Of a stretch of 64,000 nt of DNA, positions 1 to 10,172 are shown in pieces. The stretch comes from a bacterium. GTDB taxonomy: Bacteria > SZUA-182 > DTGQ01. The position numbers were made by a program, and so were the translations under genes. Every line of letters starts with the position of its first letter. Position 1 is the stretch's first letter. Under the pieces are notes generated by a model. It was not told the DNA's origin and did not search any database. It saw only the letters and a list, made by a program, of their open reading frames with translations. Location of the stretch: positions 2,246 to 66,245 of the forward strand of contig JAILZY010000010.1 of the NCBI GenBank assembly GCA_023512255.1, read 5' to 3'.

Positions 1-609
1 TTCGGGATGAACATGGATCAGGCCGATTAATTCTCTCTGTTGCCTCAAGGGGCGAAGAATTATATCTTCCCATAGCTTGTCCTCCAGCTCTGCCTTACGC
101 CAAGGGGTTGAGCGGATTGCCTCCTCAACGAGATCAACCCATGATGGGGAAACAATTTTCAGCAGGTGATGGTTCTTTACGGTTGGCGTAACCTGCTCCC
201 GAATGGCATCAAGGGTAGCTTTTGAAACTGCGGGAAACTCTATCTCAAGCTCCATCTCGGCTTCTTCACCTGCTATCTCGGCCTCAAGCTGCTCGTTATC
301 CTCCCAAAACAGCCCCTCTTCTGCCTGCCAAGGCTTGAATCCAGCAGGCCGCACCACCATATCGAGTAGGCAGTTTCTGAGCAGAGATATGAGGCGTGCG
401 ACCTGCTCTCTATTCCCCGAAATGAGCACTCCTTGATGATCCCTGCGGTCCCTGATCAGAATATCCTCCGGGGAATTTGTCCCCATAAGGGCGAATCGCT
501 GCTGAATCTGAGGGGATGGTCGGGTGATCTTATAACCATGATCAAGGAGAAGCCTGGTCAGGGCGGTAGTATAGATACCGCGAATTTTGACATATACTGA
601 TGCAGCCAT
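1..609 (-). CDS. FAU-1 / AU-rich RNA-binding ribonuclease homolog (3' end runs off the window)
   Basis: Not in the ORF track because it has no stop inside the window. ATG at 609 follows an AGGGAG RBS, and the frame is open to base 1. It reads MAASVYVKIRGIYTTALTRLLLDHGYKITRPS...EIEFPAVSKATLDAIREQVTPTVKNHHLLK...HVHPE, matching archaeal FAU-1 motifs as I recall them (IRGIYxTALTxLL; EIEF...LDxIR..V.PT..HH). Confidence 0.8.
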   Translation of the reverse strand, partial: MAASVYVKIRGIYTTALTRLLLDHGYKITRPSPQIQQRFALMGTNSPEDILIRDRRDHQGVLISGNREQVARLISLLRNCLLDMVVRPAGFKPWQAEEGLFWEDNEQLEAEIAGEEAEMELEIEFPAVSKATLDAIREQVTPTVKNHHLLKIVSPSWVDLVEEAIRSTPWRKAELEDKLWEDIILRPLRQQRELIGLIHVHPE

Positions 610-743
610 TTTTCTCCCTAAAATCACGTGAGTCCGATATAACTATGGCAAAAAAGGCTAAGTAAATCAATTGGATAAATATTTCAGTACTCACTAAAGT
701 CGAAAATACTATCTAAATGTCGAACTCGCGTTAAAATCAGCTT

Positions 744-895
744 ACTACCGGACACATTTTATCTTCCGGTTTTGTATATGCACTGTAGGTGCAGGCATTT
801 CATGTCATTCCCCCGTAGGCGGGAATCCAGAGGGTTGCTGCAACCATATATGGATTACCACCTTCGAGGGAATGACGATAAAAGTGTCCGGTAGT
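744..895. mobile_element. MITE/REP-like element with ~19-bp terminal inverted repeats and an internal inverted REP pair
   Basis: actaccggacacattttatc (744-763) and gataaaagtgtccggtagt (877-895) are reverse complements with a 1-nt indel. Inside are gtcattcccccgtaggcgggaatccag (804-830) and its inverted partner tggattaccaccttcgagggaatgac (851-876). Confidence 0.6.
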
Positions 896-905
896 GAAAA
901 AATCA

Positions 906-1961
906 CTAGCTATTAGGGTATGGCCAAAAGCCGATTCCCTCTATTCTGATCAGACGGCCATCTTGGGAGGTTTTGGCTCCAAGGATCTTGTTTACTAGCC
1001 ACAGATTGGTCTCTACATGCGGGGTCATGTGAGGAATAAGGTATTCTGTGGTTCCCCGAGCCAAGCTGGCAAAGAGAATCAACTGGTCAGCCAGATGGCG
1101 GTCAACCGAGGCCCCAGAGCGAAGGTCCTCAAGGAGCATGTGGGCTACCTGGGCAGCAATCCACTCAGATCTTCTGCCAGGTTTTCCCGCCATATCAGCC
1201 CCAAGAAGGCAGCCAGATCGGGTAGAGGCTACGGCAAAGAGCGCCGCTCCCTTCTGAGCAGCTTTGGTATCATTGATGATTTCAATGTGGGCTTCAAGGC
1301 CGCTTTCTTGCAGCAGCTTGCGGCAGGTGTCAGCCATACGCTGGCTAACTTTTTGCTCTTCGAGATGAGAGGAAAGAGATATTCCCCAGACCCGCTCGAT
1401 CTCACCCTGGGTAGGGAGAGAGAGGCCGCAGAGGGGATGGTCCAAAGGAGAGGTAACAAGCTCGATCTTTCCCTCGCCTTGCGGCACATAGCCTGGCTGG
1501 AGAATTCTCAACTCGGCCCTTACTCCCATTCGGGCCAAAAGGGGCAAGAGAACATGCTGAAGGTGATAGGCGCTGGGGGCAAAGTCCTGGAAAAGCCCGC
1601 CACAGATAGTAAAGCTGTGGAGCTGGCGGGAGAAGATAGCCAGGGGAAGAATACTGAAGGCTAACATGGTGGTTGATCCGGCTGTGCCGATGTTCCAGGA
1701 AAAATCCCGCCGCGAGATTTTAGATGAGCCCGGATAGTAGAAAATTTCTCCAGACCCAACCTGCGCCCCCTCAACCCGGCCTCCGCTCATCTCACAGCAG
1801 GCAAGGAGTGCGGTAAGGTGCTGGGGACGAAGCCCGGGTTTGTCCCGCTTAGCCCTGATGTTGACTAGATGAAGCTTTTCCCCAAGCAAAGAGGCAAGGC
1901 TGACTGCATAGCGCAGGATCGTTCCGCTCCCTGATTTTGTCGCCCCGTCAAGCTCAATCAT
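906..1961 (-). CDS. rtcA: RNA 3'-terminal phosphate cyclase
   Basis: Motifs MIELDG..SGSGTILR, NIRAKRDKPGLRPQHL, IGTAGSTT, GYVPQGEG, VDRHLADQL and catalytic TPHVETN. ATG at 1961 follows a GGGGAGG RBS; the longer track ORF reads through a repeat. Confidence 0.92.
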   Translation of the reverse strand: MIELDGATKSGSGTILRYAVSLASLLGEKLHLVNIRAKRDKPGLRPQHLTALLACCEMSGGRVEGAQVGSGEIFYYPGSSKISRRDFSWNIGTAGSTTMLAFSILPLAIFSRQLHSFTICGGLFQDFAPSAYHLQHVLLPLLARMGVRAELRILQPGYVPQGEGKIELVTSPLDHPLCGLSLPTQGEIERVWGISLSSHLEEQKVSQRMADTCRKLLQESGLEAHIEIINDTKAAQKGAALFAVASTRSGCLLGADMAGKPGRRSEWIAAQVAHMLLEDLRSGASVDRHLADQLILFASLARGTTEYLIPHMTPHVETNLWLVNKILGAKTSQDGRLIRIEGIGFWPYPNS

Positions 1962-1988
1962 AGAAAATTGCCTCCCCGAAAATGGCCT

Positions 1989-2048
1989 AATTAAAGTTTT
2001 AGGAGGATGGATTGGAAGGAACCCTTTTTCAAAAGGGTTCCTTCCAAA
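1989..2048 (+). repeat. Palindromic intergenic repeat family A, single unit
   Basis: ttaaagttttaggaggatgg.ttggaaggaaccctttttcaaaagggttccttccaa, nearly identical to the units at 8061-8118 and 10892-10948. Confidence 0.9.
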
Positions 2049-2301
2049 ATCACTACGATAAGTTCCTTCCAAATCTTTCTTCCCAACTCTCCCTTCAAGA
2101 ATTACCTTGATGCTCAAGCCCTTATCGGTTTCATACAGTGTAACTATACGAATAATCATAAGCATTGTCAATGAATTATGAATTTTTCACGACATAAGGA
2201 TTAAACAGTAAACTTGGCTTAGACATAAAACAATTTCCTCGAAAGAGGGCAAAATTCAATTTGATGTGAGAGTTTTAGATGAGAAAGAGAGTAAAGCGAT
2301 T

Positions 2302-3063
2302 ATGCTGGTCATTGAGAATCTAAGTGTTCGTCTTTTTAACCGGATTATCCTACACGGTGTTAATTTGCACATCCCCGCGGGTGAGGTTCACGTTCTGTTT
2401 GGCCCAAATGGATCGGGCAAGACAACCCTGCTGATGACCATTATGGGATTTGCCGACTATGAAGTTATTTCAGGCCAGATTATTTTTAATGGTAAAGATA
2501 TTACTAATCTTCCTGTTTATGAGCGGGCTCAAGCAGGGCTTGGGCTTTCATTTCAGCGGCCTCCAACCATAAAGGGAGTAAAGACCCAGCAGATGCTCGA
2601 AATTTGCAATCGCCACAGCCAACAGGATTATCGACCATTGGTCGAAGAGCTAAATTTCCAGGATTTTTTGGGCCGTGATGTCAATCAGGGATTTTCAGGT
2701 GGGGAAATCAAAAGATCAGAGCTCCTACAGCTCCTAGTACAATCTCCCACCTTAGCCCTTTTGGATGAGCCAGAGTCAGGCGTAGACCTTGAGAATATCG
2801 CTCTCATCGGTAGGGGTATCAACAAGCTGCTCCGTCGACAGTGGCCTGCAGAGGAATCAGCCGAATGCCGGCGCAAGGTACGGGAAGAGCGCAAGATCGG
2901 CGGCCTGATCATTACCCATACTGGTTATATCCTTGACTATGTGGATGCAGATCGGGGGTATGTGATGATGAACGGAACAATCGCCTGCCAGGGGAATCCG
3001 CGGGAGATACTGCGCTGCATCAAGGAGGTAGGATATGAGGAGTGTGTGCGATGCATGATCTAG
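2302..3063 (+). CDS. sufC: SufC/SmsC-type Fe-S assembly ABC ATPase
   Basis: Walker A GPNGSGKTT, LSFQRPP, RDVNQGFSGGEIKRSELLQ, LLDEPESGVD, ITHTG and a C-terminal CVRC. Start at ATG 2302, or GTG 2266. Confidence 0.9.
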   Translation: MLVIENLSVRLFNRIILHGVNLHIPAGEVHVLFGPNGSGKTTLLMTIMGFADYEVISGQIIFNGKDITNLPVYERAQAGLGLSFQRPPTIKGVKTQQMLEICNRHSQQDYRPLVEELNFQDFLGRDVNQGFSGGEIKRSELLQLLVQSPTLALLDEPESGVDLENIALIGRGINKLLRRQWPAEESAECRRKVREERKIGGLIITHTGYILDYVDADRGYVMMNGTIACQGNPREILRCIKEVGYEECVRCMI

Positions 3064-4271
3064 AAATGAAGAAGAGGGCGCAGGCGGCCCTAGACAAACC
3101 AGCCCAATACGGCCCTGATGTTGATCTTAGCCGCTTTACCCTGATAGCTCCCCAAGAGTCGTATCAGGAGGATCTGAGCCAGCTTCCGGCTGAGCTGTCC
3201 AGGCAAGTACTATCGGCTGGTATTGAAACGGGAGAAAAGGGCCGCTCAGGAACCTATTTTCAGAAAAACCACTCAGTAATACACTGCCAGATTCACCAGG
3301 AGGGAGTCGAGATTTTAACCATCGACCAGGCCCTGGCCAAATACGACTGGCTAAAGGATTACTACTGGAAGATGATCCCGCCGGATCAGGACAAATACAC
3401 AGCCTGGGCGTATCTTAATCCGCATCATGGATACTTTATCCGCACCCGGCCAGGGGTCAAAACCCTGTTTCCCGTTCAAGCCTGCCTTTATATGGAGCAA
3501 GACAACCTGGTACAAAACATACATAATATCATCATTGCCGAAGAAGAATCTGAGCTTGACATAATAACTGGCTGTGCCGCCCGGCCGCGAATGAGGCAAG
3601 GGCTGCACGTAGGAGTGTCTGAATTCTATATCAAAAAGGGGGCTCGACTCACCTTCACCATGATTCACAACTGGGCCGAGGAGATGGATGTTCGCCCACG
3701 CTCGGCAGCTTCTGTGGGACCTTCGGGTATTTTCATCTCCAATTATGTTTCCATGAAGCCTATTCACTCGCTCCAGATGTATCCGACAACCTGGCTAGAG
3801 GGGAAAGATTCCCTGGCCCGCTACTATAACATCCTGGTGGCCAGCAGAGGCTCTGAGCTCGATGTTGGCTCACGGGTTATCCTTAAGGCTGAGGGCGGCC
3901 GGGCTGAGGTAGTGAGTCGGGCTATTTCAGCCGGAGGCAACATCCGGGCCAGGGGATGTCTAGTCGGAAAGGAAAAAGATATCAAGGCTCACCTTGAATG
4001 CCGTGGTCTGATTCTTGAGCGGGGAGGAATGATTCAGGCTATTCCAGAGCTTGAGGGCTATCTGCCAGGCATAGACCTCTCTCACGAAGCCGCGGTAGGA
4101 AAGATTGCCCAGGAAGAGATAAACTATCTGATGGCCAGGGGACTTCCTGAATCAGAAGCCATTGCCGCCATTGTGCGGGGATTTTTGACCGTCGATATTG
4201 CCGGGCTTCCGACCGAGTTGCAAGCGGAATTGAATCGGGTGGTGGAGGAGAGTGAAAAAACCCTCCTATAG
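3051..4271 (+). CDS. sufB: SufB/SufD-family (SmsB) Fe-S scaffold
   Basis: Motifs QNIHNIIIAEEESEL.IITGC, GVSEFYIKKGA.LTFTMIHNW, HLECRGL and LSHEAAVGKIAQEEINYLMARGL; overlaps the sufC stop. Confidence 0.88.
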   Translation: MHDLEMKKRAQAALDKPAQYGPDVDLSRFTLIAPQESYQEDLSQLPAELSRQVLSAGIETGEKGRSGTYFQKNHSVIHCQIHQEGVEILTIDQALAKYDWLKDYYWKMIPPDQDKYTAWAYLNPHHGYFIRTRPGVKTLFPVQACLYMEQDNLVQNIHNIIIAEEESELDIITGCAARPRMRQGLHVGVSEFYIKKGARLTFTMIHNWAEEMDVRPRSAASVGPSGIFISNYVSMKPIHSLQMYPTTWLEGKDSLARYYNILVASRGSELDVGSRVILKAEGGRAEVVSRAISAGGNIRARGCLVGKEKDIKAHLECRGLILERGGMIQAIPELEGYLPGIDLSHEAAVGKIAQEEINYLMARGLPESEAIAAIVRGFLTVDIAGLPTELQAELNRVVEESEKTLL

Positions 4272-4645
4272 AAGGACAAAAAAGAGTATATGGGACCATA
4301 GTGCTCAATGGATAGTGCCAGTCGATTTATTGAGATATTACACTATTTAACTGCCCTGATCGGGCAGTCAATTAAACTGAACCAGTGCCGACTCAGGGCT
4401 TCATAATTCTAGATGTTACCTGCATTCCAATACCCCACACCCCGGCTTACACCACTTTCGAAGAGGAAAAATTACTCGTGGCTTTTGATCAGGATATTTT
4501 GTAGGATAGAGAAAAAAATGGGGGTTGATTTGATCAAAGAGATTTGCTAAGGTAGGTATGTAAGTATTTTAAACTAAAAAATATATATACTTATACGTCT
4601 TTTAGGTATCTAAATTGAATAATTTTTGATTATTTTGCGTGAGGA

Positions 4646-7600
4646 ATGGAATTGATATCACTCCAAAAAACTGCTTACCTGGAAGATGATCCCCTGTGGT
4701 ATAAGGATGCAGTCATCTATGAGCTTCACGTAAGGGCCTTTTACGATAGCAATGGTGATGGTATCGGAGACTTCCCAGGGCTTACCCAAAAACTTGATCA
4801 TCTAGAAAATCTCGGCATAACAGCCATCTGGCTCCTCCCTTTTTATCCATCACCCCTGCGCGATGATGGATATGACATCGCTAACTATTTTGATGTCCAT
4901 CCTGACTACGGCACGCTGCGAGACTTTAAGGAGTTTCTCAAAGAGGCTCATCGTCGTGGAATCAGGGTTATTACGGAGCTGGTCTTAAACCATACCTCCG
5001 ATCAGCATGAGTGGTTTCAAAGGGCGAGAAGAGCAAAACCCGGCTCTAAGTGGAGAAATTTCTACGTCTGGGATTCACCGCAAAAGTATCAAGACGCCAG
5101 GATCATCTTCAAAGACTTCGAAACCTCCAATTGGGCTTGGGATCCGCTAGCCAAGACTTATTATTGGCACCGCTTTTATTCCCATCAGCCAGATCTTAAC
5201 TACGACCATCCCCCCGTCCAGAAGGCCATGCTGAGGGTAATCGACTACTGGCTTAATATGGGTGTAGATGGCTTGCGTCTTGATGCCGTCCCCTACCTCT
5301 TTGAGCGGGAGGGAACCAATTGCGAGAATCTGCCAGAAACTTTCGAATTTTTGAAAAAACTGAGGGCTCATATTGATAGCCGATTCAAGGGCAGGATGCT
5401 TCTAGCCGAGGCTAACCAGTGGCCGGAGGATGCGGTTAACTATTTCGGACAGGGTGATGAGTGCCATATGGCCTTTCATTTTCCCCTGATGCCCAGGATG
5501 TTTATGGCTATCAGGATGGAAAACCGATACCCGATCATAGAAATCCTCGATCAGACACCGCCGATCCCTGATGTGTGTCAGTGGGCACTTTTTTTACGAA
5601 ATCATGATGAGCTTACCCTTGAGATGGTAACCGATGAAGAGCGGGATTATATGTACAGGATTTACGCCAAAGACCGCACAGCCAGGATCAATCTTGGGAT
5701 TCGAAGGCGTCTGGCCCCGCTCCTTGAAAATGACCGCAGAAAGATAGAGCTGATGAATTTCCTTCTTCTTTCTCTGCCGGGGACTCCGGTGATCTACTAT
5801 GGTGATGAGATCGGTATGGGAGATAACTATTACCTCGGAGACAGGAATGGGGTCAGAACCCCCATGCAGTGGAGTGGAGACAGAAACGCCGGATTCTCGC
5901 GGGCTAATCCCCAGAAGCTCTATTTGCCCGTGATTATTGATCCTGAGTACCACTATGAAGCCGTTAACGTGGAGAATCAGGACAGAAGCCAATCCTCCCT
6001 GCTATGGTGGATGAGACATTTCATCGCTATGAGAAACAATTTCAAGGCCTTTGGTCGGGGGAGGATTGAATTTCTCTACCCTGAGAATATGAAGATTTTG
6101 GCTTTTATCCGCCAGTATCAGGATGAGAACATTCTGGTGGTCGTGAATCTGTCGCGGCATCCTCAACTGGTCGAGCTAGACCTTTCTAAGTACGCCGGTT
6201 ATGTACCGGTAGAGGCCTTCAGTAAGAATCCCTTTCTGGCCATTAGGGAGCATCATCCTTACGCCCTGACCCTCGGATCATACGGCTATTACCTGTTTCT
6301 GCTAGAGAGGCAGAAGGAGGGAGGAGAAGTGCGAGCCACGAGGGCTCTGCCCCAAATCCAAGTAAGCCGAAAGTGGGAGATGCTTTTTGAGGGGAAAGCA
6401 AAAGAGGTGCTCGAGGAGGAGATATTGCCTCTTTTCCTGAAAAACGCCCGCTGGTTTGGAGGTAAGATGAGGCGGATTCAGCAGGTCAAGATAGTGAAAG
6501 ATATTTCGGTTGGCAAGACCCCTCCGGCCACTCATCTCCTCTTCCTTGAGGTTCAGTACACAGAAGGGGTCCCTGACATGTATCTGCTGCCGCTCAGTTT
6601 TGCCCAAGAAGATCAGGGGCAAAAAATTATCGAGGAATCACCGCAGGGAGTAATAGCCAAGTTGGCGGTTGATGAGACCAGAGGAATAATCTACGATGGC
6701 CTCTATAGCCCTAAATTTCGCCATGATCTTTTGATGATGGTGGTCAAAAGGCTTAAAGTTAAGGATAAAGAAGGTGAGTTGGCTGCCTATCCAGGAAAGG
6801 CGCTTCGGGATTTCATCAGACGGGAGCAAATCCCTTCCGAATCCCAGGTGTTGCGGGCAGAGCAGAGTAACTCCTCCATTCTCTACGGGAATAAATTTTT
6901 CCTTAAGCTGTTTAGACGGCTTGAGGAGGGAATGAATTCAGAGCTTGAGATGCTTTGGTTTCTGACTGAAAAGTTATCTTTCCCCCATGTGCCGCCCTTT
7001 GCTGGAGTGATTGAGTATCGAAAACCAAAGGCAGAGCCGCTTATCTTGGCTATTGTTCAGGGGTTTGTGCCTAATGCAGGAGATGCCTGGAGTTATACCC
7101 TCGATGCGCTGGAGGGGTATTTTGGCATGGTACTTTCCAAGGTAGGCGAGATTCAAGAGCTTCCGAAAGCCCCAGCTTCGCCTCTTGAGGCGGCTTATCA
7201 GGAAATTCCACCGCTTTTTCAGGAGCTTATGTCAGCTTATCTTGACATGATTAGCATCTTGGGCAAAAGAACAGCAGAGCTCCACCTTGCTCTGGCCTCA
7301 GACCCAGAAAATCCTCATTTTGCCTTAGAGCCTTACTCGCTTCTTCACCAGCGGGCCGTTTATCAATCATTGCAAACCGGGGCCTTGCACACCCTTCAAC
7401 TTCTGGAAAAAAGCCTATCGGTGCTTCCTGCTGAGGAAAGAAAGCTGGCTGAGGAGATTCTCAGCTCAAAGAAACAGGTAATTAGTAAGTTTAAGGCTAT
7501 TCTCCAAAAGAAGATCTGCAGTGGAAAGATCAGGATTCACGGGGATTACCACTTAGGACAGGTGCTCTATACAGGGAAGGATTTTGTGATTATTGACTTT

Positions 7601-7987
7601 GAAGGCGAGCCAGCTAGATCTTTGAGCGAGAGGCGCATCAAACGATCCCCCTTGCGGGATGTGGCAGGTATGCTAAGATCACTTCATTATGCAGCCTACA
7701 CCGCTCTGCTGAAAAAAGCCCTGATCAGGGCCGAGGATCGGATACAGCTTGAGCCCTGGGCCGAGCTGTGGTACAAATATAGCGGAGGCACTTTTCTAAG
7801 ATCATATCTTGATACGGCCAAGGGGGCGCCTTTTATCCCCCAGGAAAGAAATGAGCTGCGGATCATGCTCGATGCCTTTCTCCTCGATAAGGCGATTTAT
7901 GAGATTGGATATGAATTAAATAATCGGCCTGATTGGGTAGCTATCCCCTTGAGAGGAGTAAAACGATTGCTTGAGGAAAAAGAGTAA
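4646..7987 (+). CDS. treS: Trehalose synthase (TreS)-maltokinase fusion
   Basis: GH13 N-half (WYKDAVIYELHVRAF.DSNGDG.GDF, LRLDAVPYL, LLAEANQWP, FLRNHDELTLEMV) followed by maltokinase motifs (RWFGGK, EQSNSS, RIHGDYHLGQVL, IIDFEGEP). Confidence 0.93.
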   Translation: MELISLQKTAYLEDDPLWYKDAVIYELHVRAFYDSNGDGIGDFPGLTQKLDHLENLGITAIWLLPFYPSPLRDDGYDIANYFDVHPDYGTLRDFKEFLKEAHRRGIRVITELVLNHTSDQHEWFQRARRAKPGSKWRNFYVWDSPQKYQDARIIFKDFETSNWAWDPLAKTYYWHRFYSHQPDLNYDHPPVQKAMLRVIDYWLNMGVDGLRLDAVPYLFEREGTNCENLPETFEFLKKLRAHIDSRFKGRMLLAEANQWPEDAVNYFGQGDECHMAFHFPLMPRMFMAIRMENRYPIIEILDQTPPIPDVCQWALFLRNHDELTLEMVTDEERDYMYRIYAKDRTARINLGIRRRLAPLLENDRRKIELMNFLLLSLPGTPVIYYGDEIGMGDNYYLGDRNGVRTPMQWSGDRNAGFSRANPQKLYLPVIIDPEYHYEAVNVENQDRSQSSLLWWMRHFIAMRNNFKAFGRGRIEFLYPENMKILAFIRQYQDENILVVVNLSRHPQLVELDLSKYAGYVPVEAFSKNPFLAIREHHPYALTLGSYGYYLFLLERQKEGGEVRATRALPQIQVSRKWEMLFEGKAKEVLEEEILPLFLKNARWFGGKMRRIQQVKIVKDISVGKTPPATHLLFLEVQYTEGVPDMYLLPLSFAQEDQGQKIIEESPQGVIAKLAVDETRGIIYDGLYSPKFRHDLLMMVVKRLKVKDKEGELAAYPGKALRDFIRREQIPSESQVLRAEQSNSSILYGNKFFLKLFRRLEEGMNSELEMLWFLTEKLSFPHVPPFAGVIEYRKPKAEPLILAIVQGFVPNAGDAWSYTLDALEGYFGMVLSKVGEIQELPKAPASPLEAAYQEIPPLFQELMSAYLDMISILGKRTAELHLALASDPENPHFALEPYSLLHQRAVYQSLQTGALHTLQLLEKSLSVLPAEERKLAEEILSSKKQVISKFKAILQKKICSGKIRIHGDYHLGQVLYTGKDFVIIDFEGEPARSLSERRIKRSPLRDVAGMLRSLHYAAYTALLKKALIRAEDRIQLEPWAELWYKYSGGTFLRSYLDTAKGAPFIPQERNELRIMLDAFLLDKAIYEIGYELNNRPDWVAIPLRGVKRLLEEKE

Positions 7988-7988
7988 A

Positions 7989-8118
7989 AAGGGGAAAACC
8001 CTTTTGAAAAAGGGTTTTCCCCTTGTAACCCCTTTCCTAAAACTTTAATAACTATAGTTATTAAAGTTTTAGGAGGATGGTTTGGAAGGAACCCTTTTTC
8101 AAAAGGGTTCCTTCCAAA
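7989..8118. repeat. Repeat family A doublet: two inverted units joined by a perfect 40-bp palindrome
   Basis: Hairpin aggggaaaacccttttgaaaaagggttttcccct, then palindrome tcctaaaactttaataactatagttattaaagttttagga (8035-8074), then hairpin ttggaaggaaccctttttcaaaagggttccttccaa. Confidence 0.92.
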
Positions 8119-8157
8119 GAATAAGGGTTCCTTCCAAAAATATAGTGGAGATTAGAT

Positions 8158-10164
8158 GTGGAGAGAGTGAGTCTTTTAACTGAGAATGATATTTATTTAT
8201 TTAGGGAAGGGAGCCATTTTAGGCTTTATGAGAAGCTTGGCTCGCATTTGCTCACTGTTGATGGAACCAGTGGAGTTTACTTTGCAGTCTGGGCTCCGAA
8301 TGCTGAGCAGGTTACAGTGATGGGAAAATTCAACGACTGGAACCCTGACTCCCATCCCTTGGCCCTGCGAGCGGATGGCTCAGGGATTTGGGAGGTGTTT
8401 ATTCCGGGGATCGCTCACGGAACTCCTTATAAGTACCATATCAGATCAAGGTATGAAAACTACCGCGCTGATAAGGGAGACCCATTTGCTTTCTTTTGGG
8501 AGCCTGCCCCAGAGACAGCCTCGGTAGTCTGGGACTTAAAGTATGAGTGGGCAGACAGTGATTGGATGAAAAACCGCAGCCAGGCCAATGCTCTCAATGC
8601 GCCTATAGCTATCTACGAAGTGCATCTTGGATCGTGGAGGCGGCATCCAGAAGATGGAGGCCGACCACTCACCTATCGGGAGATAGCCGAGCCCCTGGCT
8701 GATTATGTCAAGAAGATGGGGTTTACTCACGTTGAGTTTCTGCCGATTATGGAGCATCCCTTCTATGGCTCCTGGGGATATCAGATCGTCGGCTTTTTTG
8801 CTCCTACCAGCAGATTCGGCACTCCTCAGGATTTTATGTATCTGATCGATTATCTCCACCAGCGCGGGATAGGGGTTATCCTTGACTGGGTGCCTTCGCA
8901 TTTTCCCGATAATATCCAGGGGTTGGTCTACTTTGATGGTACGCATCTTTATGAGCATGCTGATCCGCGAAAGGGATTCCATCCCGAATGGAAGAGCTAT
9001 ATCTTTAACTATGGTCGCCACGAGGTCAGGGCGTTTCTGATTAGCTTTGCGCTCTTTTGGTTTGACCGCTACCATATTGATGGCATCAGGGTAGATGCCG
9101 TAGCCTCCATGCTCTACCTTGACTATGCCCGGAAAGAGGGCGAGTGGATCCCGAATGAGTATGGCGGCAAGGAGAATATCGAAGCCATTAGCTTTATCAA
9201 ACGGCTGAATGAGGCTATCTACCGGGCCTACCCTGATGTTCAGACCATAGCTGAAGAGTCAACCGCCTGGCCGATGGTTTCTCGGCCGATTTATATCGGA
9301 GGGTTAGGGTTTGGCCTAAAATGGAACATGGGCTGGATGCATGATACTCTGTCTTATTTTTCCAAAGACCCTGTCTATCGAAAGTATCATCATAATCAGT
9401 TGACCTTCAGCATCTGGTATGCTTTCTGGGAAAACTTTGTTCTGCCCCTCTCTCATGATGAAGTGGTCTATGGGAAAGGCTCTCTACTTAGCAAAATGCC
9501 TGGGGATGATTGGCAGAAATTCGCTAATCTGCGCCTTTTGCTAGGTTATATGTATGCTCATCCGGGCAAAAAGCTCTTGTTTATGGGCGGAGAGTTCGCC
9601 CAGTGGCGAGAGTGGAACCATGATGAAAGCCTTGAGTGGCATCTTCTGGCATATTTTCCCCATCAAGGGGTGCAGAGGTGGGTCGAAGACCTAAATCACC
9701 GCTATGCTTCAGAGCCTGCACTCTATGAGCTTGACTTTAGCAGCCAAGGGTTTGAATGGGTAGATTTTCATGATGCTGAATCAAGTGTAATTAGCTTTAT
9801 CAGGCGGGGGAAAACAACCCTTGATCAGATCTTAGTAGTCTGCAATTTCACTCCAGTGCCTAGAGAAAATTACCTAGTGGGAGTGCCGCAAGGCGGCCTC
9901 TGGAAAGAGATCCTAAACAGCGATGCCACGATTTATGGCGGAAGCGGCTGGGGGAATTTCGGTCAAGTCGAGGCTACCCCATTTCCTGCTCATGGTCGGA
10001 ACTACTCTCTGTCGCTGGTGCTGCCCCCTCTTGGCATTATTTTCCTCAAGAAAGAGGCAGGAGAACCAGAGGTTAAGGCGGAAGGAGAGCTTGCAGAGCT
10101 AGGAGAGGTTGCTGTGCCGGAGCAAAAGGAGCAAGAAGCGCCGGAAAATGAAGGCTGTGAGTGA
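8158..10164 (+). CDS. glgB: 1,4-alpha-glucan branching enzyme
   Basis: Motifs [55 protein letters not shown] and LSHDEVV. Confidence 0.95.
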   Translation: MERVSLLTENDIYLFREGSHFRLYEKLGSHLLTVDGTSGVYFAVWAPNAEQVTVMGKFNDWNPDSHPLALRADGSGIWEVFIPGIAHGTPYKYHIRSRYENYRADKGDPFAFFWEPAPETASVVWDLKYEWADSDWMKNRSQANALNAPIAIYEVHLGSWRRHPEDGGRPLTYREIAEPLADYVKKMGFTHVEFLPIMEHPFYGSWGYQIVGFFAPTSRFGTPQDFMYLIDYLHQRGIGVILDWVPSHFPDNIQGLVYFDGTHLYEHADPRKGFHPEWKSYIFNYGRHEVRAFLISFALFWFDRYHIDGIRVDAVASMLYLDYARKEGEWIPNEYGGKENIEAISFIKRLNEAIYRAYPDVQTIAEESTAWPMVSRPIYIGGLGFGLKWNMGWMHDTLSYFSKDPVYRKYHHNQLTFSIWYAFWENFVLPLSHDEVVYGKGSLLSKMPGDDWQKFANLRLLLGYMYAHPGKKLLFMGGEFAQWREWNHDESLEWHLLAYFPHQGVQRWVEDLNHRYASEPALYELDFSSQGFEWVDFHDAESSVISFIRRGKTTLDQILVVCNFTPVPRENYLVGVPQGGLWKEILNSDATIYGGSGWGNFGQVEATPFPAHGRNYSLSLVLPPLGIIFLKKEAGEPEVKAEGELAELGEVAVPEQKEQEAPENEGCE

Positions 10165-10172
10165 GAGAGTGT

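Noticed and set aside
203..436. Ser-rich 77-aa plus-strand ORF
   Set aside because: It is the antisense shadow of the FAU-1-like gene.
1962..2171. 70-aa N-terminal extension of RtcA in the ORF track
   Set aside because: It reads through repeat A; the family start and a strong RBS are at 1961.
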